Shown here: positions 1-26,244 of the stretch, piece by piece
How positions within the stretch are numbered: the first letter of the stretch is position 1
How the letters are laid out: each line of letters starts with the position of its first letter
Assembly: GCA_039096225.1 (NCBI GenBank)
Contig: JBBPEB010000021.1
Coordinates: forward strand, 248,001-312,000
Direction: 5' to 3'
Length of the DNA stretch: 64,000 nt
DNA from: Blastocystis sp. Blastoise
Lineage: Eukaryota; Protista; Bigyra: Opalinata
Position numbers and translations under genes: made by a program
The notes under the pieces: model-generated
What the model was told of the DNA's origin: nothing
Databases searched by the model: none
What the model saw: only the letters and a program-made list of their open reading frames with translations

Positions 1-581
1 AATCATTATATTACGTTTATTTAAATAACTTTTATGAATTAAAAATACTTCAGAGTTCTTCACATTGTGACTCATTTCTAAAGTTATTGACTTTAAAAAC
101 TCACAAAATGTTTAAAACAGTTGTTTAATTATTAATAAATACAAAATATATTTTAAAAATAATAAATAATATGTATAATGATTCAAAATAGTTTTTTAAT
201 TTTCTTTCAAGTATTGTTTTTAGTTTTTTTGATATCATTTAAAGAATTTATTTAATTCTTATATCAGGAATTGAACCTGATTACAATCAATAAATGATTG
301 TAACTCTCCATATAGAGTATAAGAAGTGTTATTAAAGTAATATATAATATATAATATATAATATATAATATATAATATATAATATATAATATATAATATA
401 TAATATATAATATATTATATATTATATAATATATAATATATAATATATAATAGATAATAAATAATAATATATAATAGATAATATATAATAATGAAAAAAA
501 GAAAATAAAAGCCAAACTGTTATTATTTTATGCAGCCGCGGTCCGGTGCCGTTAGGCCCCGGACCTGCGGCGTGACCCTAG
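1..581 (+). mobile_element. 3' portion of a non-autonomous Helitron (copy A; 5' end outside window)
   Basis: GC-rich hairpin GCCGCGGTCCGG-TGCCGTTAGGCC-CCGGACCTGCGGC (535-571) then GTGACC-CTAG|T (CTAG 578-581). Positions 1-330 are homologous to the 3' regions of the elements ending at 7318 and 13846. Confidence 0.85.
256..325 (-). ncRNA. tRNA-like cloverleaf, copy A
   Basis: Minus strand: TTCTTATA / CTCT-ATATGG-AGAG / TTACAATC-ATTTATT-GATTGTAA / TCAGG-TTCAATT-CCTGA / TATAAGAA. Four fully paired stems and a B-box-like GGTTCAATTCC. Confidence 0.7.
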
Positions 582-696
582 TAATAAAAACAAGAATAAT
601 AAATATATAAAAAACAATATAATAAATATTTAAAAAAAGATAATAAAACATATAATTAACAATATAATTTAGTATATATAATATTTAATAATATTT

Positions 697-1290
697 AAGC
701 AGCAGGACAGTTTCAGTCTTTAATTGGAAACCCAAACCAAGCCAACCTATATAAAGAGATGATATTAATTAACTAGTACTATTAGTAATATATATAACAT
801 TTTAAAATAATAATAAAATAAAAATATATACCTTTTATCACGACAATTACAAGAAAAGAAAGGAAGCGAAGACAAGGAACCATCCTATAAAAGATATATT
901 AAATAGTATAAGTAATAAAAAGGAATATAATTAATATATATACATACCTTTGATAAGCCATTCTCTCCAATTAACAACAACGACAGCAACGGAACCCCCG
1001 GAAACCTATATAAAGATAGAGTAAGTTATATAATATAATAATATATAATAAAGTAAATTAATATAGAATAATAAAATATAAATATATACATTACTGCTAT
1101 ATAAATATAAAGTGGGGTTAGTTATATAATATGTAATAGATAATATAGATGATATATACCTTCTTTTAACATTGATTCCTTCCATTCTAGACCTAAAGAA
1201 CCCATCTATAAGAGAGCCACGACCACACAAAAGAAGGACCAGAACGTTTAAGGAGACCAGCAAGTGTCAAAACACCAAGCAGAGACAGCT
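697..1290 (-). other. Spliced GT-rich exon series without a convincing reading frame
   Basis: Short GC-richer segments bounded by tatag| acceptors and aag|gtat donors (about 1290-1160, 1005-948, 885-833, 746-697), separated by AT-rich intron-like spacers. Confidence 0.45.
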
Positions 1291-1512
1291 ACTATAGAAA
1301 ATGAATGAATAGAGTAGAAAAAATAAAATATAAAGAAACAGCAAACACCTACCATCATAATAGTATCATATATAATAAAATAAAAATAAAATTTAATAAT
1401 ATATCATATTAATCATATAAGATATAATAAAATAAATATGTAATAAGTCATATTGCTTTTTTGTTTTGTTGTAAAAGGGAATAATAGGAATTTAGAAGAT
1501 ATGACTGAAATA

Positions 1513-2593
1513 TTGGGCAGCAAATATTCTGCTAATTCATTTTGTCGGTTCTGGCTATATTTTTAAACCAGAAAAATAACGATTATTTTTCCCACAATTT
1601 ATTCGTTCAATTTATGATTATTTGAATATTTTAGTAGGAAAATATAAGTCAAAAATCAATAGCAGAAAGTATATTTTGAGTTGTTTTGAGTTTACTATAA
1701 AGAATCAGATTAAATTAAACATTTTTTATTAAATTAAAAACTCTCAAGTATATGTAAAAACCATAAAATATATATATATAAGTATTATTAAGGAGATAAT
1801 TTAAAAAATGTGAATAATATAGTGAAATAATGATTTATAAGAGGAAAATAGTTTAATATTTACGGTAATTTCATAGAACACCTTTAAGTTACACCTTACT
1901 TATTTATACTATTTATTATTGATTTATAACTAATTTCAATATTAATTGTTTAAGTATACAATAGAGATAGTCAGAGAGTGGTTAGGATATATTATAATAA
2001 GATTTTAAAACAATTTTTTAGAAGATTCAAAAATTATAGCAATGGAAGAAACTAGGATACAAAATAATGAAAGTACGGTTGATGGAGGCTATGATAAGGG
2101 TATGTAATGAGTCATAAGTTACTTATAACGTGTTTAGCTATTTTAAGTATAATGATTTCTCCTCCAAGAGCTCTTCCAATAGTCCGTGGTCCTCCACCAA
2201 GGTTCGTGATGCCTGGTATAATTCATATTTCATTCTTTTAATTTTAATTTAAATAGATCAAACAGATTCTGAAGTTCAAACAGCTTCACAAGTTTCAAAA
2301 CCATCCTGTAATCGTGGGAAACCTGGTCGTCCACCAAAAAAGAAAAGAGGTCCAAAACCAAATCAATTAAGTAAATAATTTCGTTTATTTTTTTCTATTC
2401 GATTTTAGAAACATCAAAAATAACCGTAAATGAGAGAATAGAAAATAAAATAAAGCAAAAACAACAACGTAACTAATATTCTAAATAATTTTTAAATAAA
2501 AAATATATAGATACAAAAACATCTAAAAAAATCGATGCTTCATTTCGGAAAGAACTTCTGAAACGGCAATATAAAAATAAACCAAATTTAATT
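1513..2593 (+). repeat. Left terminal inverted repeat of hAT element (1081 bp)
   Basis: Reverse complement of 14605-15685; no differences noticed by eye. Confidence 0.92.
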
Positions 2594-2641
2594 ATATATT
2601 ATAATTTACTATATATATTTTTTTCATATACAATTTTTATA

Positions 2642-2647
<6 letters not shown>
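2042..2647 (+). CDS. Duplicated transposase N-terminus in left TIR (about 150 aa, truncated before the zinc finger)
   Basis: Same ATG and four intact introns as the right TIR. The frame runs past the TIR edge to TAA 2645-2647. Expression is unknown. Confidence 0.4.
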
Positions 2648-15156
<12,509 letters not shown>

Positions 15157-17379
15157 TGCTATAATTTTTGAATCTTCTAAAAAATTGTTTTAAAATCTTA
15201 TTATAATATATCCTAACCACTCTCTGACTATCTCTATTGTATACTTAAACAATTAATATTGAAATTAGTTATAAATCAATAATAAATAGTATAAATAAGT
15301 AAGGTGTAACTTAAAGGTGTTCTATGAAATTACCGTAAATATTAAACTATTTTCCTCTTATAAATCATTATTTCACTATATTATTCACATTTTTTAAATT
15401 ATCTCCTTAATAATACTTATATATATATATTTTATGGTTTTTACATATACTTGAGAGTTTTTAATTTAATAAAAAATGTTTAATTTAATCTGATTCTTTA
15501 TAGTAAACTCAAAACAACTCAAAATATACTTTCTGCTATTGATTTTTGACTTATATTTTCCTACTAAAATATTCAAATAATCATAAATTGAACGAATAAA
15601 TTGTGGGAAAAATAATCGTTATTTTTCTGGTTTAAAAATATAGCCAGAACCGACAAAATGAATTAGCAGAATATTTGCTGCCCAACTGAAATAATAAAAT
15701 AAACATGAATAATCTCATATCTACTAAATATAGAGAATCTTCATCATAAATGAAATGAATGGTTAAGAATAAAAGAGAAAGAGAAATTTTATTTCTATGA
15801 GGAAAATGGATATTGTTATTGTTATTTTTAATTTATCATAATTATCATAAGTAATACAAAAATTGTTTTATTTTAAAGAATTATATAGTTATTTATCATT
15901 ATATCATTTTATAATCAGTTTTGACTATGGAAGAGTGATTTTTATCCTTAATTGTCAAAATTATTTTTAGTATCACTCAGTAAGTATAAGTCTTTTAAAA
16001 AATAAATATAGGTTACAATACAGACTTATAGAGAAGACTCTGAAACTTCTATTTCCAGAATAAAAGTCATTTATATAATCCAGAATGATTGTCTGAATCT
16101 TCATTTAGAGTATTATTTTGAGTCACTAACTTTCAATAAAATGATTAAATAAAGAGAAAGATGATAAAAAAGGTCTAGAGTCAAAATTGTTATGAAATAT
16201 CAACTTTTTAATCTATTTGTGTAGATTTTCAATTATTTTAATATCATAATATGACTGAAAAGGAACAAAAAACATTTAAAGTCAATTGAGTCAACAATTG
16301 TAATCAAGTAAAAGTCTTTTAAAACCTCTTCATAAACTCAAAACGTATAGAGTGAGTGTTTTCCAGTAAAAATAATGTTTTTCATTTAAATAATATCAAA
16401 AACAAATCAAATTATTATTTTATAATTACTCAAGAACAACTCTTTCTAGTATTCAAGGACTTACTATTATCAAATATACGTATAAACAAACAAAAATCAT
16501 ATTTTATATATTTTTAGTTGAATAGTCGGAGTCGTGTTGATAGTTTATTATAAAACAAATGCAAAAATCACTTTTTTGTTAAAAACTGTCTTATATCGAT
16601 ATATAGTTTTATTCATAATTTATTTATTGTCTATAAACTCTGTGTATTCATTTTAAGTGATTTTTAGTGAAACTAAAATTATTTAAAATACATATTCTGA
16701 TTTCGAAAATGACAAAAACATATTATATTACATGCTTAGTGTTTTAATAAAGTTTAAAAGTTATTAAGATATCAATTAGTTAAAAAATATAAAATATTGA
16801 CAATCTCCATTTTTATGACTTGTCTTAAATCACGTTAAAGGTGTATGATTGAATAGTTGCATTGATTATTTGTATGATTCTAGTAATATTTTCTAAGAAT
16901 TTTGTTTTTTAACAAGAATAAATTCTTAATTTATTATTTATCAAGTTAAAAATGAATTTAAATGATTATTTTCTAGTGTAAAAGGGTATAGTTGTTATAT
17001 ATAAAAAAAAATTACGCAGAATAATTTGATAATCAAATTTTGAAAATGAGAATTATTATTTTGAACTAAACTAATTTTTCACATATACACATTATAAAAC
17101 GACCTGAATAATCTATTGAGAAGATTCTGTGTTTGATAATAAACTTAATTAAGTAATTGACTGTTGTTGTGTCTCTTTTTGATAAAAAGATAATCTCGAT
17201 TTCTATTTTTGATTGATCTATATATTATCAATGCATTCAATAATGAAATAAATACGTATGTAAAGAAAAAATAGTAATTGATCTAATTTATCTTCATCTA
17301 TTTGAATAGATAATTTTTGAAAAAATTAATATAATATATTTATTGATACCTATATATAAAGAATTAGTTATGTAATTGA

Positions 17380-17447
17380 CCTTAAGACAGGAATTGAACC
17401 TGTTTTCTATCATCAACTGATAGATACTTACCAATATAAGCTTAAGG
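17380..17447 (-). ncRNA. tRNA-like cloverleaf, copy E (most diverged)
   Basis: CCTTAAG / CTTA-TATTGG-TAAG / TATCTATCA-GTTGA-TGATAGAAA / ACAGG-TTCAATT-CCTGT / CTTAAGG. All four stems differ in sequence from copy A but still pair. Confidence 0.75.
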
Positions 17448-17704
17448 ATAATATAGAATAAAAAAAAAATGAAAGTAAAATAGTAGGAATAATGAGTCAG
17501 TATGATGTGTAAGGATATATTTATATATGTATAAGTGAAAAAGGATGCTAGAAGAAGGGAAAACAAGTAAAAAAGAATAAAAGAGAAAGAAATATAAAGT
17601 AAATGAGATAGGGTCTTTAATTATTGAGATTAATAAAAAAAATGAAAAATAATTTATAATAAATGACAAAGATAGATATATAGAGATCTATAATAATAAG
17701 AAAT

Positions 17705-20700
17705 GCAGAAGAGAAGAGGATTAGAGGATAAAGAATAAGAAGATAAGGAAGATAAGGAAGAAGATAAGGAAGATAAGGAAGAATAAGAAGATAAGGAAGA
17801 AGAAGAAGAAGATAAGGAAGAAGAAGAAGAAAAGAAGAATAAGAAGAAGATAAGGAAGAAGAAGAAGAAAAGAAGAATAGGAAGAAGATAAGGAAGAAGA
17901 AGAAGAAAAGAAGAATAGGAAGAAGATAAGGAAGAAGAAGAAGAAAAGAAGAAAAAGAAGAAGATAAGGAAGAAGAAGAAGAAAAGAAGAATAAGAAGAA
18001 GATAAGGAAGAAGAAGAAGAAAAGAAGAATAAGAAGAAGATAAGGAAGAAGAAGAAGAATAGGAAGAAGATAAGGAAGAAGAAGAAGAATAGGAAGAAGA
18101 TAAGGAAGAAGAAGAAGAAAAGAAGAATAAGAAGAAGATAAGGAAGAAGAAGAAGAAAAGAAGAATAAGAAGAAGATAAGGAAGAAGAAGAAGAAAAGAA
18201 GAATAGGAAGAAGATAAGGAAGATAAGGAAGAATAAGAAGAAGATAAGGAAGAAGAAGAAGAAAAGAAGAATAAGAAGAAGATAAGGAAGAATAAGTAGA
18301 TAAGGAAGAAGAATAAGAAGAAGATAAGGAAGAAGAATAAGAAGAAGGAAATGAATAATGACAACAAGAAGATGAAGAATAAATAGAATAATGATAAGAA
18401 AGAATAAATAGATTAATAAGAGAACAAGAGGATGAATGTGAAGAAGAGACAAGGAAGGAGGTGAAAAAAAGAAAGAAAAGCAAGATAAAGAATAGGAAGA
18501 AGATATACAAGAAAATGAAGAAGAAGAGAAAGAAAAGAAAAGAAGAATGAACAAAAAACATATATAGAGAACAGAAAGATATAAAGAAATAAAAGAGATA
18601 GATATATAGATAGATGGATATATAGATGGATGCATAAATAGACAGATAAAATGAGAAAGAAATAGAGAATAAGAGATACAAAGATATAAATAAATAGATA
18701 GATATAGAAAAGAGAAAGAAGAAAAGAGAGAAATAAAAAAAGAAATCAGATAGAAAGAGATAGAATGAGAGATAGAACGATAGATAAAGAGAGATATACA
18801 AAGTAATGAAATAGAGAACCAGAGAAAATAGATACAAGAATAAAGATAAAAATCGAAGAAAGAGTGTGAAAGTAAAATAACATAAAGAGAGATAGAGAGA
18901 AAGAGATGAATTGAAGAAATAGCGAGAAGGATGAAGGAAAAATATATAATAGGAAGAGGAAGAAGGGAGAGGAAGAAAAAGAAAAAGAGACGAAGATGGG
19001 ATATGAAGACAAAGATGGGAGAGAAAAAGATCAGGAAGCGAGGAAACAAAAAGATAAAAATATATAAAGAGGGAAAAAGTTCAGAAAAATAGAAAAAGAT
19101 AGAGAGGGATAGGGAAAACTAATAATATAGAATGATAAAGAGAGAATGAGAGATAAAGAAAGATAAAGAAGAAAAAAGAGTTATAAAATAATAAAGAAAG
19201 AAAAAAAAGAACGATAGTATATGAGAGAAGAAAGAGACACAAAGAAAAAGATAAATAAGAGAGAAACATAGAAAGAGATAGAATATATAGAAGATGAGAA
19301 AGGATTGAGATAGAAAGATACATTGAGATAGAAGAAGACAGAAGGATATAGAGAAGGAGATACATAGTGATAAAAAGGAAAACATGAATAGAGAGTAGAT
19401 AGAAGAAAATAGAGAAGGAGAAGTAGATAAAAGAAGATAGAAAGAAGAGAGAAGTAGATTAAAATAAAAACAAATAGCAAGAAATAAAAGAAGATAGGGA
19501 AGAATATAGAATGATCTGAAGAATGAGATGTAGATAGAAGTGAATAGAAGGAAATAGAGAAGGAGAAGTAGATAGAGAAGAATAAAATGAAAGTAGAAGT
19601 AGAAGGAGAATTAGAGAGAAATAGGAAAAATACGTAGGACACGAGAGAGAGAGAGAGATAAAATGATATAAAATAATAGAGAGGGAGAGAAAGCGGATTG
19701 AGATATAGTAAGGGAGAAACATGTAGACAGAGATAGAGAAGTAGATAGAGGGAGATAAAGAAGATAGAAGAGACATACAAGGAGAGATAGTAGATTAAGC
19801 TAGAATGGATATAATAAGATAGAGAAGAAAAAGAAAGAGATATAAGCAGATAAGAGAAAATTGAAGGAAATAGAGAATGAGATACAGACACATAAATGAG
19901 ATAGAATGAGATATATAGAGATAGATAAATATGAAGAAAAAAATAGGAATACATAGAGATAGAAGGATATTGAAAGAGAGAGAAAAGGAGAGAAAGAAGA
20001 TTGAGACAGAAGGAGTAGCAGAGATAAAAGGAAATAGAGAAGGAAATAGAAGGAGAATGAGAAAAGAAGGAGAAGGAGATATGTAAGATTTGGATAAAAT
20101 GAGAAAGAGAAGAAGAATAGATAAGAAGAATATGATAGAAGGAGATAGAAAAAGAGATGAATAGGGATAGAAAGAGACAAATAAGGGAGAAATTGTTAGA
20201 AGGATATAGAAGAAGATAGAAAACGAGAAAGAAGGAGAGATTGAAAGATATAAAGGAGATTAAGAAAGAAGTGAGCAAGAAGAAGATAGAGATAGATAGA
20301 AAGAAATAAAAGGAGATAAATAAAAGATAAAATGGAGATAAATAGGAGATTAAGATAGAAGAAAAGAGAGAAGGAGATAAAAGTGATAAAAAGGAAAACA
20401 TGGATAGAGAGGAGATAGAAGAAAACAGAGAAGGAGAAGTAGATAAAAGAAAATAGAAAGAAGAGAGAAGTAGATTAAAATAGAATAAAATGTAGATAGA
20501 AGGAACAGAGAAGTAGATTAAAATACAGTAGATAGGAAAAGATAAAAGGAAGATAAGGAAGGATATAGAATGATCTGAAGAATGAGACAGAGAATGAAGA
20601 GAAGGAACAGAGAAGTAGATTAAAATAGAAGGAGATGTGGATAGAAGGAGATAAAAGAAAATAGAGAAGGAGAAGTAGATAGAAGTAGATAGAAAGAAGA

Positions 20701-22460
20701 GAGAAGTAGATTAAAATAAAATAAAATGTAGATAGAAGGAGATAGATACATATAAAAAAAGATAGAGAATGAAATATGAAAAACAAAGTAGAGAGGAATA
20801 GAGAGAAAAAATAAAAAATAAATAGAACAAGAGAGAGAGACAAAAAATACGGAATGAGAGTAAGAAGGAAAGAAAGAGGATTGAGATATAATAAGATAGA
20901 ACGATGCAGAAGGACATAGAGAAGTATAGAAGTAGGTAGATAAGATAAAGGCAAAATAAAATGAGAAAGAGATGTAAATAGAACAATCCAGAATGAGAGA
21001 AAGAAGACGAGAAAGTAGATTAAAATAGAAGGAATATAATGATATGAAGAAGAAAATAGAAACGTAGATAGAATTAGATAGAATGAGATAAAATGAGTTA
21101 GATGGGTATAGAAGGAGAGAGAAATGAAACAAATAAAAAGATAAAGAACGAGATAAAGTGAAGAAAAAGATATAGATACATAAAAGGAGATATAACGAAA
21201 TAAAAAGGAAATAAAAAGGAAATAAAAAGGAAATAAAAAGGAAATAAAAAAAATAAATAGAAAATAAAATAAAAGACAAATAAAAAATAGAGAAGATAAA
21301 AATAGAAGGATAAAATAGAAATAGAGACAGGGAAGACTAAAAAGAAGGAGCTTAGAAGGAGATAAATGAAGATATAGAAGGAAAAGTATATAGAAGGAGG
21401 AGAAAATAAAGATAGGAAGAAACAGGAAAGGAGATAAGGAAGAAGTAGAGAAGATAAAGATAAATACAGATAGAGAGAGGTAGAAGAAGATAGAAAGAGA
21501 TAAAGTAATAATAGAGAAGGAAAATGAGATACAAAATGAGATAGAAATGATTAATATAGAAGGAGATGAGAATGGCATAAATAATTGAAATAAGTAGGTA
21601 TAAGTAGATAGAGAAGGATAAAGATAGAAATAGAAATAGAGAAATAAATATAAAAAAAATTGAAATACAAGGTGAACGAGAGAGAGAAGGAGACAAAAAG
21701 AGAGAATGAAGATATATAATGAGATGAAGAAGGAGATTGAAAGAGAAGATAAATATAGACAGTGAAAGAGAGAAATAAAAAGAATAACTAATCATAGACA
21801 TAGAGAGAAATAGAGAGAAATAGAACATACAGAGGGAGGAAAGAAAAACGGGAGAAGAATATGTGGAAAGAGATAGAGAAGATGATAGAAGAAAATATGA
21901 TATAAGAAAGATAAAGATAGATAGGAAGAGATATAGAAAGATATAGAAGGAGAGTGAGATGAAAAAAGAAAGAGATGGGGATCGAGATAGAAGGAGATAT
22001 AAATAGTAGACAAGGAAATGGAGAGATATAGGGAGAACTACGACGGAAGAAGAAAGAAGACTGAGACAGAATGAAATAAAGAAGAATTAGTTAGAAGAAT
22101 GAGAGAAGGAAATAGACAAGTAGTGGATTTAGAGAAGAAGATAAAAGAAAAATAAAGAAGGAAATAGAAAAGGAAACGAGAAGAAGATAGAAGAAGATAG
22201 AAAGAATGCTAATATATAACGAGGTTAGAAGGAGATAGAAAGATAGAGAGAAGTTAAAATATAGAAAGAAGTGAGAAGTAAGAAGGAAGAAGAAGAAGAA
22301 AAATATTAGGATGCAAGAGACAGAGTAAGAAGAAAGTAGGAAGAAGTAAGAAATAAAAAAAGAAGAAAGTAAGCAGAAGAAGAAGAAAGAAGAAGAAAGA
22401 AAAGAAGAAAGTAAGAAGTAAGAAGGAAGACAGAAGGAAGAAGAAAGAAGTAAGAAGAAA
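17705..22460. repeat. About 4.8-kb polypurine/polypyrimidine low-complexity tract
   Basis: Plus strand almost only A and G. Regular GAAGAAGATAAG arrays at 17730-18345, diverged AGATAGA/GAAGGAG units beyond, with local duplications (for example GAGAGAAGTAGATTAAAATA at about 19447, 20463, 20699). Confidence 0.9.
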
Positions 22461-23099
22461 ATAAAACTTTGATTAAGAGAAGACGATAATTCTTGAGTAA
22501 TAAGGGAAACTAGATAAATAAATAAATAAATTGTAAATATATTAGAAGAAACATACTAAAAAATAATTTTTGAATCTGGTAATGTTGAGGCATAAAATAG
22601 AAAAGAAAGCAGGAATACAAGAAAACAACCTAAAGAAGTAAACAATAATAAATAAATCTATTAAAATAATGAAAAAAAATAAAATAAAATGAATTAGAAT
22701 TCTAATTCAAGAAAAAGAAAAAATAAAGTTAATAATTATATAAAATAACAAATAACAAGTGATCTATCATATAGTATGACAGCAATATAAAAAGCTAAAG
22801 AGATAAAAGATAATTATTAAAAAAATATATATATATATACTTTGAAAATAATTTGACATCATGGACCTTATTAAGACAGATTGAAGAAGCCTATGAAAGC
22901 CATAAGACGACAAGAAACTATATATGCTAGAGAATGGGAGAATAATAATATGGATAAAGAATAAAAAATAGTAATATACATACAAGAGAATAATCTGAAG
23001 TTAAAATCAACTTCTATTTTTAAAAATAAAAGCTAATAAAAATAAAATAAAAATAAAGAAAATATGTAACAAATGAAAAATTTTCAAAGTCAATAGGCT

Positions 23100-24186
23100 C
23101 AATAGCGTATGGGTGTTTTCAGGTCTTAAAAGAAGAAATCATTTTTGCGGGAATATCGAGAAATTCAAAAAAAGTATTTTTTCCCTCCTTTTTTCACTGT
23201 CATTTTTCTTTAATATTTTAGACTTTTTAGTATTAAAAACGATTCTTAAAGGTATATATAGAGACTCTATACCACTTTTGAGACTAAAAATCAAATATTT
23301 AAAAATGAGTGGAAATCACGACAAGCAATAAAAACAATTTTGTGAAGCTTGGTATGTTGTGTATAAGCATATGTAACAACAGAGATGATAAAAACATACA
23401 ACTCCTCTTGGTTTAGGACATAATTATAAACTCTCTCAAAAAGACTATTTTTAATCCCAAAACGATACCCTGAACTATAAATCATGTCCTGAATGTTATT
23501 TTAAAGTCATATTTTGATAAAGAGGTTTATTGACGATAATCAATAAACAAAAACAAGAGCTTCTGTTTTACTTTTCTTTTTTGAATTTTTAATTGTTTTG
23601 ACTTTCTAGGGTAGTTGGCTAAAAGAATGCTGTCGTCTTTAGGCTAAAAAATTATGAATAAAAAAGTCAAGTCATTTTATTGTTTTTTCCTTGGGAAATC
23701 AAAAATAAGAAATTTTTAGGTGTGTTTAATTTAGGCTGTATAATGATTTATATTGTAAAAGGACTTGACGAGAATGACAAGAGTGATAATACATCACTCA
23801 GAGATTACACAACTTTAAAAAAATTTCTCACTCATGTAATCCATTCCTGAATTATAGACTTCAGAGAAAAACTTAAAGTCCTTTTGGTTTTAAACAGTCA
23901 TTTTAAATCATAAAACACTGTAAAAGAGTCAATATTTAAACCAACTATGATTATATCAATAAACAATAAATTTTGTAGAGTTATTTTTAAGTTATTCTCG
24001 TCAAAAAGAGAGAAACTTGACAAGTTGGCGGAGCTTTTGTTCTCGGGTTTAGGCCAACGTATTTTTGATTTAAAAATCCCAGTCATTTTGTTGTTTCTCT
24101 TACGGGAAATAGGGTCAAAAAAACAAAAATTGTCCGTAGTGAGTATTCTATTCTTTGTTTTTATTTCATTTTTATCTAACTAATGA
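23100..24186 (-). mobile_element. Putative 5' end of an older minus-strand Helitron-like element hosting the nest
   Basis: Minus strand begins A|TCATTAGTTAGATAAAAATG, resembling the A|TCATTACTAT.. starts of copies B and C. Non-coding sequence of similar character; cloverleaf E lies inside. No 3' end seen in the window. Confidence 0.35.
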
Positions 24187-24381
24187 TATATATTATTCTT
24201 ACATATATATATTTTTTTGAATATTAATATATATTATGTAGTCTAGTAGATACATTCTATAGAAATCCTTTTGATTATTTATAATTATTTATTTGTTTTG
24301 TTTGTTCGTTAATAATATATTATATATATATAGACTTAAAGTAAACAAAATATGCATTTATGGTTAAATTATCATATATAT

Positions 24382-25959
24382 TTATCTTGTTAAAGTATCA
24401 TGTAAAAGCATTTGACTACAAAATTCCGCTGTGTTATAGAAGATAAATTGCCATGGAACCATTCTCATACAAGTAGCTAAAAATCCTTTTGAAAATGCAA
24501 ATGGGCCTTCAACTTTTGCTATCTATATATTATTTATATATATATATTATTTATTTTATTATTTATTATATATACTTTAACAAAACAATCCCAAGTACCT
24601 TTATATAAATGTTGTCCTTATATATATATATATAAAATTATTTATATATATATATATATGTCCTTTATGTTGATTGACAAGTCTAGTTTTAACGACATCA
24701 AATGGATTGGATGCCATCGCTGACACACACCCACTCACTAATGACGCATATGTTGAATTTAACGATCGGGTCCAAAAGTGATCATCACTGAAATGGAATG
24801 TTTTAAAGAATATATATATATATATATATTATTTATAATATATATATATATATACATATATATAAAGAATAATAATAATTATATAATAATAATAATTATT
24901 ATTATATAATAATAATAATAATAATATAATAATAATAACACATATAAAAATAATATACTTAACAAACCATTCTCTCGATTGATCATAGCACGCTATTCCT
25001 CCTCCTGTCATTAGGGCTGCTCTTATTAATGTAGGATATACACCTACAAAATAAGCTTGCCACCCTTCTTCTCGAATAACACGGAAAAAAGCATCGGTTG
25101 CGGATTTATATCGTGGCTGTAGCCCTTGTGATCGTAAACGACCATCTGCTTGCATTCGAACCTTTATTAAATCCTATATATAATAATAATAATAATAATT
25201 ATTATTATTATTACCTATTTATATATATCATATGTACAACTGTATATATATAATATAAAATAAAACAGAATAAAATAAAAAATAGATATTAAATAGCAAC
25301 AATATAAATGATTTTATTAATATAGAAAAACATAATACATAATAGAATATTCAATTATAATAATATATAAAACGTATAAATAACACTATAATAATAAATA
25401 ATATATATCATTCAAATAATAATAATGACAATTATATATATATATACTAAAGGTAGCGCAACTGATTGTCCTACCAATCCTGTTGTTAACGACACAATAA
25501 TACGCTGTGAAAATGATATATTTGTTTTTTCACCAAAAAGAAAATTTTTAAATGTCTATTTATATACATATAGTACATAATTTATTTAAAAAAATACATA
25601 AATAATAATAATAGTATAATAATAAATAATAATAATAAAACTAATAAACATAATAAACATAAAATAGATACCTTATACATACCAATACTAATACCACCAT
25701 AAATAACTTGACGTAATGCAGCAGAACCACATCCAGTAAATAAAGATAAAAATCCTTCTTCTCTCCAGACTTTGACAAACATACTGAAGAAACCTCTTGA
25801 TTTTCCATCAATAGTTCCACTACCTAGTTCATTCTGTAGTTGAAGTCTCACCTTAACTAAATCCATAGGAAAACTCACAGTTTCTGCGAAAGAGGCTGCT
25901 CCAGCAGAGATACCCCATCTCACAAGTCCTTGAGTTTTCTTATTTTGTGAAGAAATCAT
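24382..25959 (-). CDS. Mitochondrial carrier (SLC25), UCP-like/dicarboxylate-oxoglutarate carrier subgroup; multi-exon
   Basis: Carrier signatures PMDLVKVRLQ, LIKVRMQADGR and NPFDVVKTRL; PTLIRAALMTGGGIACYD; C-terminus MRMVPWQFIFY...TLTR-stop. Internal exon edges are approximate. Confidence 0.9.
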
Positions 25960-26244
25960 TTGAATGATTATTGAAAAAAAATAATAATTTATAATGTTTC
26001 AGACAAAAAGTCATTCTTAGAAATGTATTTCAGAATATTTCAGATGAATGTCTTCAAATTATTTTTTTTCTCGAGACTAATAAATAATAAATAATCATTA
26101 ATATTCTAAAAATAAAAAGGACATTAAAATTTTAATCTCATTCAAGTGATTTGAGTAATTTCAGAGTAGAGCTGAAAAAAGGAAAACCAAGAAAATTTTT
26201 ATTTGTTTGATAGTCACTTTGGTTACGAGAATACTTCAGAAACA

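Noticed and set aside
256-325. Ochre-suppressor tRNA reading the in-frame TAA codons of the micro-exon array (loop ATTTATT has central TTA in copies A and D)
   Set aside because: The third stem is 8-9 bp, there is no 8-9 linker, no purine 37, and the loop varies in length and sequence among copies. The array also has a frameshifted exon. Not a credible decoding tRNA.
531-581. GC hairpin as a bacterial terminator or CRISPR repeat
   Set aside because: Eukaryotic context, no U-tract, no regular spacers; hairpin plus CTAG|T matches Helitron 3' ends.
17617-22013. Long minus-strand ORFs (up to 442 aa) rich in F/L/S/I/Y
   Set aside because: Artefact of the CT-rich tract, which lacks stop codons in several frames at once; no domain signal.
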